A stretch of 64,000 nt of DNA from contig NC_134479.1 of assembly GCF_964194025.1 (NCBI RefSeq), positions 28,892,001-28,956,000 on the forward strand, written 5' to 3'. Within the stretch, counting starts at the first letter, position 1. Every line of letters begins with the position of its first letter. Shown here one piece after another: positions 46,301 through 59,100 of the stretch. Source of the DNA: Convolutriloba macropyga (Eukaryota). A model generated the notes under the pieces. That model was not told the origin of the DNA. It did not search any database and saw nothing but the letters and a program-made list of their open reading frames with translations. A program made the position numbers and the translations under genes.

Positions 46301-46850
46301 AATAGCCGCGGAGCGATAGCTGAGGCTATTATTGGCCCTTTCTTGGTTTTTTTATTTCGTCAAGTTTTTTGTTGAGACCATATGACGTCACAATCACTTC
46401 AAATCTGCTTTTTGTTCATTCGCTCATGCCATTTCAACTAAAGTGAGTGCTTGACGTCATTTTCCCCTCTTATTGGAGCGAGTCTTTTGTTCATTCGCGT
46501 GAAAAAGTTGTTTTGGTCAGACGTGACTTACCTCAATCTCAAAAATGACTTCCTCACTCTAAAATTGACTTTTCACTTTAATTCAAAGAGATAACGTCAA
46601 TTAGGTATGTGTCACTCTAATTGAAGGATATTTGAGAGCAGTGAATATAATTAAAATTAGGATAAACAAATTGTTGATAAAAATATGACATATCAGCATT
46701 TAATACAAAGGAATATTTTTGGTTTGTTTCTTTTTATTACATCTCAGCATTTAATGAAAAGTTTCTTTTTTTTGTCTCTTCCTTTTGCTATCTTTTTGAG
46801 ACTGCAGATCTACAAAGCTATTGCGGCTATTTTTCGGCAATCTTCCAGCT
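46301..46850 (+). mobile_element. Helentron-type family A element inserted in the first array unit
   Basis: AATAGCCGC..GGCTATT head and GCGGCTATT plus degenerate stem-loop tail. Sister units show the empty site. Confidence 0.8.
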
Positions 46851-49800
46851 TTTTGAGAATTTTAAGCTGACAGATTGCGCTAAAATCTTTTCGTTTTCAG
46901 TGCAAGTCTTGGTAACAGCTTTGTCATAATTTGAAACCTCTATTGCAACCCATTACCCTGTTACAATGCCCTCTCAGCCTTCGACTGAAGCAGGATACAA
47001 GGGAATTGAGCCCCAGCTGGTCGTTCGAGATCAATTTAGTTGGTTGTTTGTTAATGACACTGGGAATAATGTTACTAATTCCTGATTTTTATAAAAAAAA
47101 AGTTAACAGATCTAATTTTTTCCCGTACTTCTACAATTTTCTTTGAAAAGCAGACGATACTGGAAATCTATTTCTAAAAGCCGGCAATATCTAGGTGGCA
47201 ATAAATGTTTTTTTTTAAAACTCAACTAGCGCAGAAGTATTTCACTAGCAAGGCTGCTCTTCAAATGTTTTTTTAGGAATTGAGCATTTTGACGCAAAAA
47301 TTTGTTTTGATTGTACTTTTTCCTATTTTCCGAGGCTATTTCTTTCAAGGCTATTTAAGCATATTTTTTTATTGAAGTGAAGAAATTGTTTTTTTTTTGA
47401 AAACTGGACGCATGTAGACTAGGCAATGAGAATTGTTGTTGGCCAGTTTTTCAAGGTACAATTGTTTTATGACCTTTGGGAAAGTATTGACTTATGGCGA
47501 TTTTCGGTCGTTTTTTCTCATGTGTACAGAAAGATGAAGTATTGTTGCTCTGCCAGGAACAATATTAATTTCAAGAGATTTCAATGAAAAATAACTAATT
47601 TAGAAGCAATTGGAAGTTAAGGTTAAATTTGAGCAGATGCAGAATTATAGTTAATTTTTGTAGAAAAAAAAATCAACTTCATTTCCTGACATAATTTGTG
47701 TTACATATACTCTGCTGTACTTTTAGTATATGAGTGCAACAGACATCGGATCATCTTGAACGTGTTTTTGCGGGAAAATTTTCACTTTCTGTTAAGAGCA
47801 AAGTAACATTGATGCAGCTTTGTTATTTTTTTTTGCGTAGAAAGTTTGTTGCTGCAGAGAATTCTTGGTGTATTGTAATGAAAACTGAAAAAATAACTTT
47901 GATATTTTTTGCTGTGGACTATACACGTAGTGCTATTATGGAAACTGAATATCTTATAAACTGACGCTTGGAAGATGGTATAAAACAGTACAAGAAGACA
48001 GCAGGAACGTTTGGTACCTTGAAAGAAATTTGAAAGTTTAGAAGTTTGAACATGTTTTTTGAGAGCTGAAATACCATAGCCTTTTAATTGCTCTAGAACA
48101 AATTTGAAGCAGTCATTGTCGTTGTCTTTTTGGCGCAAAATTTGTGCTCGACTCTTTGGCTGTTCGAGTGACTTTTGTTCCCTCACTTTTTGTTTTTGGC
48201 GTGATATAAATGGTTTTCTTTGAAAATTTTAAGCAACTGAAATATTTATTGGCTGCAATTTAACTAATGAAAAACAAATGAAAGATTGCACCAAAATCTG
48301 TTTCTGTTTTTCACTTCAAATCTTGGTAATGATAATGACATAATTTGAAACCTCTATTGAAACGCATTGCCCTGATACAAGGTCCTCTCAACGTTGACTG
48401 AAGCAGGCTACAAGGGAATCAAGCCCCAGCTAATCGTTCGAGATCAATTTAGTTGGTTGTTTGTTAATGACATTGCGAATAAGGGTAATAATTCCTGATT
48501 TTTATAGAAAAATTAACAGATCTTATTTTGTTTCCGTACTTATAAAATTTTCTTTGAAAAGCAAACGAAACTGGAAATCTATTTTTAAAAGCCGGCAATA
48601 TCTAGGTTGAAGTTAATGTTTTTTTTCTGAAACTCACCAAGCGCAGAAATATTTCATTAGGAAGGCTAATCTTCAAATGTTTTTTTTTAGGAATTGAGAT
48701 TTTTTGACGCAAAAATTTATTTTGATTGTACTTTTTTTTCCGAGGCTATTTATTTCAAGGCTGTTTAAGCATATATTTTTTTGAAGTAATTAAATTGTTT
48801 TTTTTTTGGAAATTTCGGCGCGCGTAGACTATTCTTATGATTCTTTATCAACTGGAAATTTTAGAGGAAGTGTAGATATCATGCGTTAAGAATTATATGC
48901 TTCGTTTTGAATTGTTGTTGGACAGTTTTTTAAGGTACAATTGTTTTATAATGACCTTTGGAAAGTATTGACTTATGGCGATTGTCGGTCGTTTTTTCTC
49001 ATGTGTACAGAATGATGAAGTATTATTGCTATGCCAGGAACAATATTATTATCAAGAGTTTTCAATGAAAAATAACTAATTGTGAAGCAATTGGAACATG
49101 AGATTTATAGTTGATTTTGTAGAAAAAATCAACATCACTTCCTGCCATAATTTGTGTTACATATACTCTGCTGTTTTTTCATATGAGTGCTAAAGACATC
49201 GGATGGTCATGAACGGGTTTTTGCGGGAAAATTTTCACTTTCTGTTAACAGCAAAGTAACCTTGATGCAGCTTTGCTAATTTATTTGCGTAGAAAATTTG
49301 TTGCAAGAGAATTCTTGGTGTCTTGTAATGAAAAGTGAGAAAATATCCTTGATATATTTTTGCTCTGGACTATACACGTAGTGCTTTTATGGAAACTGCA
49401 TATCTTATAAACTGACGCTTGGACGATGGTATAAAACAGTAAAAGAAGACAGCAGGAACGTTTGGTACCTTGAAAGAAATTTGAAAGTTTAGAAGTTTGA
49501 ACATGTTTTTTGAGAGCTGAAATACCATAGCCTTTTAATTGCTCTAGAACAAATTTGAAGCAGTCATTGTCGTTGTCTTTTTGGCGCAAAATTTGTGCTC
49601 GACTCTTTGGCTGTTCGAGTGACTTTTGTTCCCTCACTTTTTGTTTTTGGCGTGATATAAATGGTTTTCTTTGAAAATTTTAAGCAACTGAAATATTTAT
49701 TGGCTGCAGTTTAACTAATGAAAAACAAATGAAAGATTGCACCAAAATCTGTTTCTGTTTTTCACTTCAAATCTTGGTAATGATAATGACATAATTTGAA

Positions 49801-52800
49801 ACCTCTATTGAAACGCATTGCCCTGATACAAGGTCCTCTCAACGTTGACTGAAGCAGGCTACAAGGGAATCAAGCCCCAGCTAATCGTTCGAGATCAATT
49901 TAGTTGGTTGTTTGTTAATGAAATTGCGAATAAGGGTAATAATTCCTGATTTTTATAAAAAAATTAACAGATCTTATTTTGTTTCCGTACTTATAAAATT
50001 TTCTTTGAAAAGCAAACGAAACTGGAAATCTATTTTTAAAAGCCGGCAATATCTAGGTTGAAGTTAATGTTTTTTTTTCTGAAACTCACCAAGCGCAGAA
50101 ATATTTCATTAGGAAGGCTAATCTTCAAATGTTTTTTTTAGGAATTGAGATTTTTTGACGCAAAAATTTATTTTTATTGTACTTTTTTTCCGAGGCTATT
50201 TATTTCAAGGCTGTTTAAGCATATATTTTTTTGAAGTAATTAAATTGTTTTTTTTTGGAAAATTCGGCGCGCGTAGACTATTCTTATGATTCTTTATCAA
50301 CTGGAAATTTTAGAGGAAGGGTAGATATCATGCGTTAAGAATTATATGCTTCGTTTTGAATTGTTGTTGGACAGTTTTTTAAGGTACAATTGTTTTATAA
50401 TGACCTTTGGAAAGTATTGACTTATGGCGATTGTCGGTCGGTTTTTCTCATGTGTACAGGATGATGAAGTATTATTGCTATGCCAGGAACAATATTATTA
50501 TGAAGAGTTTTCAATGAAAAATAACTAATTGTGAAGCAATTGGAACATGAGATTTATAGTTGATTTTGTAGAAAAAATCAACATCACTTCCTGCCATAAT
50601 TTGTGTTACATATACTCTGCTGTTTTTTCATTTGAGTGCTAAAGACATCGGATGGTCATGAACGGGTTTTTGCGGGAAAATTTTCACTTTCTGTTAAGAG
50701 CAAAGTAACCTTGATGCAGATTTGCTAATTTATTTGCGTAGAAAATTTGTTGCAAGAGAATTCTTGGTGTCTTGTAATGAAAAGTGAGAAAATATCCTTG
50801 ATATATTTTTGCTGTGGACTATACACGTAGTTCTTTCATGGAAACTGCATATCTTATAAACTGACGCTTGGACGATGGTATAAAACAGTAAAAGACAGCT
50901 GGAACGTTTGGTACCTTGAAAGAAATTTGAAAGTTTTGAAGTTTGAACATATTTTCGAGAGCTGAAATACCATCGCCTTTTAATTGCTCAAGAACAAATT
51001 TGAAGCAGTTATCGTCGATGTCTTTTTGACGCAAAATTTGCGCTCGACTCTTTGGTTGTTCGAGTGACTTTTGTTCCCTCACTTTTTGCTTTTGGCGTAA
51101 TGTAAATGGTTTTCATTGAAAGTTTTAAGCAACTGAAATTTTCATTGGCGACAGTTTAACTAATGAAAAATAAATAAAAGATTGCGCCAAAATCTGTTTC
51201 TGTTTTTCACTTCAAATCTTGGTAATGATAATGACATAATTTGAAACCTCTATTGAAACGCATTGCCCTGATACAAGGTCCTCTCAACGTTGACTGAAGC
51301 AGGCTACAAGGGAATCAAGCCCCAGCTAATCGTTCGAGATCAATTTAGTTGGTTGTTTGTTAATGACATTGGGAATAAGGGTAATAATTCCTAATTTTTA
51401 TAAAAAATTAACAGATCTAATTTTGTTTCCGTACTTATAAAATTTTCTTTGAAAAGCAAACGAAACTGGAAATCTATTTTTAAAAGCCGGCAATATCTAG
51501 GTTGAAGTTAATGTTTTTTTCTGAAACTCACCGAGCGCAGAAATATTTCATTAGGAAGGCTGCTCGTCAAATGTTTTTTTTAGGAATTGAGATTTTTTGA
51601 CGCAAAAATTTATTTTGATTGTACTTTTTTTTCCGAGGCTATTTATTTCAAGGCTGTTTAAGCATATTTTTTATTGAAGTAATTCAATTGTTTTTTTTTG
51701 GAAAATTCGACGCGCGTAGACTATTCTTATGATTGTTTATCAATTGGAATTTTTAGAGGAATGGTAGATATCATGCGTTAAGAATTATATGTTTCGTTTT
51801 GAACTGTTGTTGGGCAGTTTTTTTAAGGTACAATTGTTTTATAATGACCTTTGGAAAGTATTGACTTATGGCGATATTCGGTCATTTTTTCTCATGTGAA
51901 CAGAATGATGAAGTATTATTGCTATGCCAGGAACAATATTAATTTCAAGAGTTTTCAATGAAAAATAACTAATTGTGAAGCAATTGGAACTTGAGATTTA
52001 TAGTTGATTTTGTAGAAAAAATCAACATCACTTCCCGCCATAATTTGTGTTACATATACTCTGCTGTTTTTTCATATGAGTGCTAAAGACATCGGATGGT
52101 CATGAACGGGTTTTTGCGGGAAAATTTTCACTTTCTGTTAAGAGCAAAGTAACCTTGATGCAGCTTTGCTTATTTATTTGCGTTAAATTTGTTGCAGGAG
52201 AGAATTCTTGGTGTCTTGTAATGAAAAGTGAGAAAATATCCTTGTTATATTTTTGCTGTGGACTATACACGTAATGCTTTTATGGAAACTGCATATCTTA
52301 TAAACTGAAGCTTGGACGATGTTATAAAACACCAAAAGAAGACAGCTGGAACGTTTGGTACCTTGAAAGAAATTTGAAAGTTTTGAAGTTTGAACATATT
52401 TTCGAGAGCTGAAATACCATAGCCTTTTAATTGCTCCAGAAGAAATTTGAAGCAGTTATCGTCGATGTCTTTTTGACGCAAAATTTGCGCTCGACTCTTT
52501 GGTTGTTCGAGTGACTTTTGTTCCCTCACTTTTTGCTTTTGGCGTGATGTAAATGGTTTTCATTGAAAGTTTTAAGCAACTGAAATTTTCATTGGCGACA
52601 GTTTAACTAATGAAAAATAAATAAAAGATTGCGCCAAAATCTGTTTCTGTTTTTCACTTCAAATCTTGGTAATGATAATGACATAATTTGAAACCTCTTT
52701 TGGATCGCATTGCCCTGATACAAGGTCCTCTCAACGTTGACTGAAGCAGGCTACAAGGGAATCAAGCCCCAGCTAATCGTTCGAGATCAATTTAGTTGGT

Positions 52801-53029
52801 TGTTTGTTAATGACATTGCGAATAAGGGTAATAATTCCTGATTTTTATAAAAAAAATTAACTGATCTTATTTTGTTTCCGTACTTATAAAATTTTCTTTG
52901 AAAAGCAAACGAAACTGGAAATCTATTTTTAAAAGCCGGCAATATCTAGGTTGAAGTTAATGATTTTTTTTAAAACTCACCGAGTGCAGAAATGTTTCAT
53001 TAGGAAGGCTGCTCTTCAAATGTTGTTTT

Positions 53030-53519
53030 AATAGCCGCACAGCGACAGCTGGGGCTATTATTGGCCTTCTCTTGGTTTTTTTTTATTTCGTCATAATTTT
53101 TGTTACGACCATATGACGGCACAGCCACTTTTTGTTCATTCGTTCTTGCAATTTCAACTGAATTGCATGTGTGACGTCATTTTTCGCTCTTAGTGGAATG
53201 AATGTTTTGCATGCGCGTGATTAAATTTTTGGTCACACTTGACTTACCTCACTCTCAAAAATGACTTCCTCACTTTGAAATTGACATTTATTTGCTTTAA
53301 TTCAAAGAGATAAGGTCAAATGGGTGTGTGTCACTCTAAATGAAGGTTATTTGAGATCAGCCAATAGAGGCAGCAATAACTTATACAGATTTTAAATCAA
53401 AATATAGATCAGCCTTCAATGAAAAGACGAATTTTTTTGGTCTGTCTTTTTTACAGTTTTTTTAAGACTTCCGATCTACGAATCTATTGCGGCTATTTTC
53501 TGGAAATCTGCCAGCTATG
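53030..53519 (+). mobile_element. Helentron-type family A element inserted in a T run of an array unit
   Basis: Same termini. The empty site cttcaaatgtttttttttaggaattgag is visible in other units, with no TSD beyond the T run. Confidence 0.85.
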
Positions 53520-56117
53520 TTTTTAGGAATTGAGCTCTTTTGATGCAAAAATTTTTTTTGATTGTACTTTTTCCTTTTTTTCCGAGGCTATTTATTTAAA
53601 GGCTGTTTAAGCATATTTTTTATTGATGTAATTAAAGTGTTTTTTTTGGAAAATTCGACGCGCGTAGACTATTCTTATGAAGCTTTATCAACTGAAATTT
53701 TAGAGGAAGGGTAGTTATCATGAGTTAAGATTTATAAGTTTTGTTTTGAATTGTTGCTGGGCAGTTTTTTAAGGTACAATTGTTTTATGATGACCTTTAG
53801 AAAGTATTGACTTATGGCGATTTTTGGTCGTTTTTTCTCATGTGTACAGAATGATGAACTATTATTGCTCTGCCAAGAACAATTTTAATTTCAAGAGTTT
53901 TCAATGAAAAATAACTAATTGGAACGTGAGATAAAATTTGAGCAGATGCGGATTTATAGTTGATTTTGTAGAAAAAATCAACATCACTTCCTGCCATAAT
54001 TTGTGTTACATATACTCTGCTGTACTTTCATATGAGTGCTAAAGATATCGGATGATCTTGAACGGGTTTTTGCGGGAAAATTTTCACTTTCTGTTTTTCA
54101 CTTTCTGTGCAAAATAACCTTGATGCAGCTTTGCTAATTTATTTGCGTAGAAAATTTGTTGCAGGAGAGAATTCTTGGTGTCTTGTAATGAAAACTGAGA
54201 AAATAACCTTGATATATTTTTGCTGTGGACTATACACTTAGTGCTATTATGGAAACTGCATATCTTATAAACTGACGCTCGGACGATGGTATAAAACAGT
54301 AAGAAGACAGCTGGAACGTTTGGTACCTTGAAAGAAATTTGCAAGTTTTGAAGTTTGAACATATACATTGGGAATAAGGGTATTAATTCATGATTATAAA
54401 AGTTTAAAACATCTTTTTTTTATTTCCATACTTCTAAAATTTTCTTTGAAAAACAGACGAAACTAGAAGTCTTATAATGACTGAGTTTATAATAACATTA
54501 ATTTCCACCTACATAATGCTGGCTTTTAAAAATAAAAAGCCAGCATTATATAGGTGGAAATTAATGTTATTATAAAACTCACCGAGCACAGAAATTTTTC
54601 ATTAGCACCATTAGCAAGGCTGCTCTTCAATTTTTTTTTTAGGAATTGAGCTTTTTTCATGCAAAAATGTGTTTTGATTGTGTTTTTTTTTCTCTTTTTT
54701 GAGGCTATATTTTTCCATTTTTCCCTAGGCTATTTAAGCATATTTTTATTGAAGTAAATGAAGTGGAGGAAGGGTAGATATCATTCGTTAAGAATTATAT
54801 TATATTAGCTTGTGTTGCAGCAAGTGTGGTTTCTAAAGACGAATTGTCTTGTTTTTAGGCAATGAGAATTGTCCTTGGGAAAATTTTAAGGTACAATTTT
54901 TTTATGAAATTTGGAAAAGTGTTGACTTTTGGCGATTTTTGGTCGTTTTTTCATATGTACAGAAGGATAAAATATTATTGCTATGCCAAGAACAATATTA
55001 GTTTCCAGAATTTTCAGTGAAAAATATTTAATTGTGCAGCAATTGGAAATTGATTAAATTGAAGCAAATGCAGAACTATATTTCATTTTGTAGAAAACAT
55101 GAACATCAGTTCTTGCCATAATTTGTGTTACATATACTCTGCTGCACTTGTAGTACATGAGTGCGACAGACTTCAGATGATCCTGAACGCGTTTTTGCGG
55201 ACAAATTTTCACTTCTGTTAAAAGCAAACCTGGCTGCATCTTTGCTAATTTATTTGCTTAGAAATTGAAAATTTGGAGGAGGAGATTTTTTGGTATGTCT
55301 GTTGTAATGAAAAATTAAAAAAATTATGTAATTGTTTCGAAGATGTATGTTTGTACGTGGTTCATTTTAAATTTACGTTGTGTTTAACTTTAGGTGCGGA
55401 TTACAACTTTTTATGCTATCTGGATTTATGTTAAATCAATTTTTTTGGTCTATAGTGACTAATAAAAATGAATAGGTTTTTCTCAGTCATGTCTGTCGTT
55501 TTGGGAACTTTACATCTTATAGGTTGCAAACTAAGAAATGGTCGTATTTTTTTGAGTTTCAAAATTTACTTTGTGATATATATATGGTCATAATTTGAGG
55601 TACGTTTGGCGTTGAGAGGGTTAGGTACGTTGTGCATTCTGCACAAATTTATGTGGCATGTTTTGTTTTGCGGCTATCCAGGAATCTGCTATGTTCAATA
55701 TTAAAGTGTTAAAAACCTTGCTCACTAGAACAAAGTTTCATTTCACTGTTACGATTGAAATCTGAGATTTGCTATTTACTTGTAAATAGGAGACAGGTTT
55801 CCGGTGCTTATTTTTTTAAACGAAACAAACGTTTTTTTTCGTATTTATATATCCTTTTCTCATCGAAAATAGTTTCAAAATATCAAAATGGAACAGCATG
55901 ATTGTCTTTCTTGAAAATCATCTTTCGTGAATTCATTGTCTTTCCTGTGGGTTGGGTTAGGTGTTCTTAAACGTTCGGATTATTTAAGTTACAGTGAAAA
56001 GGTAAATCATGTGTTTCAGGTTTCTAATGTTTCTCCATCAGTAAACTTTGAGGATTCTCAAATGAAACTCAATATTGTTTAAGAGATACTCTTTCATCGT
56101 ATACGTAATACTGAAGT

Positions 56118-59100
56118 ATGGCTTCTACTGGTAGTGCCTCCAATTGGTTTTCGTCTCTCGCTTCGAAAGCGGAGAATGTTCTGAACCAAATTGACGAATC
56201 AGCCGCCACTGCTCTCAGTTCTCAGCAAAACGAGGAGAATGAAAAAGATGGAAAAACTCAGGATGCAAGCAACACTGGGTTCAAACAACAAAAGAAGCCT
56301 TCACGGTGGGAACTTATTTCATTTCGTGAAATAAAATTGTAAATGTGTGCATACGCAGTGAATTCATAAATTTTAGCGCGCGCACTATAATTCACTAAGG
56401 AGTTTCACGAGAATTTTTGGAGTCAATTTTGAAATGCGGTTGTAAGTGAGCATATTGTCTCTTCTCTGATGTCCAAGAGGACAACTTAATATCTTTGCGT
56501 TGCATAATCTGCGGATATAAGCTTTGGAAAATGCATAAAAATGGGATGTAAGTGTTTCTCGTCTTATTTCTGGCTTTCAAAAAACATTGTTTCAGTTTCT
56601 ACATGTTCCTTTTTTTCAATTATGTTACGGATTTTGTGTACTCCTTCGATTTGTCTGCTATATTCGACAAAATCATAATTTATATAAGTGAGACAACTTA
56701 TTTTTCATTTCGAGCAGCTGAATGTAATCCAATTTGAAAAATTGGGCATTAATTATCAATCAATTAATATCACATTCACACTTGCCCATACATGTCTGAT
56801 AATACACGCTATGCAATTAATAGAGAGTAAGCATGGGTACAGAAGATGTTAATGCTTGTTCAGGTCCCGACAGACAAAAAGGTCAGGCAGTGGTCTTGGT
56901 GGCCAAAAAGTGATAAACCAGCAGTTGGAGCCATTTTCAACGGAACCCTCATCCTCTGACCATATTCGAAGACTGTCATCAAACTCTGTTGACATTAACA
57001 CAAAGATGGCATCTTCTAGTAGACCCAGCTCTGTCAGCTCCACAAAGTCGAACAAAAGCGAAGGAGGTAAGGAATAATATCATATCAGTATTACGATAAA
57101 TATTTTACAGTATATTTGTATTTAGTGTTTATTACAGTATATTGTTTTTATTACAGTATATTTGTATTTAGTTCTATTTTTTGCAGCTTCGTGATAACGT
57201 TGGTGTATTCGAAGGGTTTTTGACTATCTGGACGCTAAGTCTCAGCCTCAAATATTTTTGGTGCTTTTGGAGTACAATATGATAATTCTCTATTACAATA
57301 ATTTGATGAAATTCAAAAAAAAATGTAGCATTTTTATTTCTATTTTTCAATAAAAAATGATGGCTATCGCGTCCTTGGATTGTTATTTGTCACATCGATT
57401 GTCAATTGAATACTGAGAAATGTACAGTACGTTTTCTGGAACAGCATTTTGTCTAGAGGGCATTGTTAAAAAGAGCTAACTTCTCGCTCATTGTCCTGGT
57501 ATGTTTTAACGAGTTGCAAATTGTCGATTTTTGTTCAATCCATACTAAATGAAATCGATGTTCATTTTTCGAAGAATTGATTTTCCAAAATTGTCACTTT
57601 TTGTTTTTGTCTTCAGCTCTTCCGTTGTTTGTGGATCCTTTCTCCCAGCATTCCTCTGCATTGGCCGCGGGCTCAAATATGGCGAAGCGGAGCAACAGAA
57701 GTGAAGAAGGAGACGGCGTAGATCAAGATCACAGTCCCAAAAGTGGAAATGAGGACAGTTTTAGCCAGGTACACTTAAGAGTTTTATATGCAATAGTTTA
57801 TGCAATTTAGGTCTGCTGCTGGCCATCAAAGGTCTCAAAGAAGTTTCCTTGCCTGTGAACTTTGTGCACTAAAATAGGTTGTATTGGCCAATTAGTTCCG
57901 ATTTCCAAAAGGTAAAGTAGTAGAAAAAAATCTGACAACGACCGCTTTTCCTCGTCATCAGCTGGATCAGCTTCGTGTGAATGTTTCAATTTGTACAAGA
58001 CGTGCAACTAATGTAATCATTCAACTGTTTTTCGCTTGAAAATTGATTGTCGATATTATTGATCGTTGTTCTCAACTTCATCTTTTCACGTCAGTTATTC
58101 CACCAAAATTGTTAGCTTTAGCAATAGCAGCATAGAGGTACTATTTTAATGCAAGATAGTTAAAAACAAGTTGATTTTTAGGTAACAAGTAATTCAGGTA
58201 GCAGTTATCTACAAGTGGATCCTCACAATGATTCAATTACACTTGGCTATGAGGAGAATTCAAATATACACGCTGAGGTTGGTAACGATAACTTTTTAAT
58301 ACATATTTAGAGTTTGGGTTTTTCATTCCTTATGTTATAGAAGAACCATTAAAGGCTAATTTTTGAAATGTTTGAGTTTCACGTGGCGTTTTTGAACAAC
58401 AAGTTTTGAGCTCTGATGTGATAAACTAGAAAGTGGTGTGCCTGGTTCGCACGTACTGCGAGTACGAGTTGTGACAAATTTTCACAAGGCTTCATCGAAA
58501 TGTGGTAGTATTTATGCAAAAGCGAGCAATTTTGGTTTGCATCTTTTGTCAATGTTGAACATTTGGATTTATTAATCGTGTGTTGAATTTTGTTTGCTTT
58601 GCTGATTCCATGAAGAGTTTGACGTCTTATCTGAAATCGTTCTATTGTCTTGCGTCTTGTTTTTTTTAATTGATTTCTTTACTTAATTTTTTACTTGTTT
58701 TGTTGCGTGCTTGATTAATAGCCGCACAGCGACAGCTGGGGCTATTATTGGCCTTCTCTTGGTTGTTTTACAATTCAAAGAATTTGAATTGTATTGGGGC
58801 GCTGTCTCTTTTTATTACGACTCGAAGAGGAGTATTGGAGAAGTCCTTTTTTTAATCAATTTTATTGGAGTGATTTTTGAAGCGGGAAATGAAACGCGTG
58901 AAAAAATTTGGATTGATTTTGGTGCTGAACAAAATCGAAGAGCGCAGCGAAAAGAGAGTTGTTTTTGTTCATACCGCTGTTTTTAAGAGAGCGAAAAATT
59001 GATGTGTGAAAAGATTTTCTCTAAGCGAGCGAATTTTTTGTTCACGTGCGGCATTTTAAAGCGGTTTTTTCCAATCTTTTTTGGTTGAGGTTTGTTTATG

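Larger units (their letters stand above)
45940..55320 (+). repeat. Tandem array of a ~1.45-kb unit (about 6.5 copies); full units contain a ~370-bp family B element
   Basis: Marker ttttaattgctc at 46165, 48086, 49537, 50982 and 52429, with periods 1451, 1445 and 1447 for the central units. Outer units are more diverged or truncated. Confidence 0.92.

Noticed and set aside
47782-52529. Four repeated minus-strand ORFs starting MREQKSLEQPKS
   Set aside because: They have non-ATG starts and different lengths from frameshifts, and lie antisense across a Helentron head in the 1.45-kb array.
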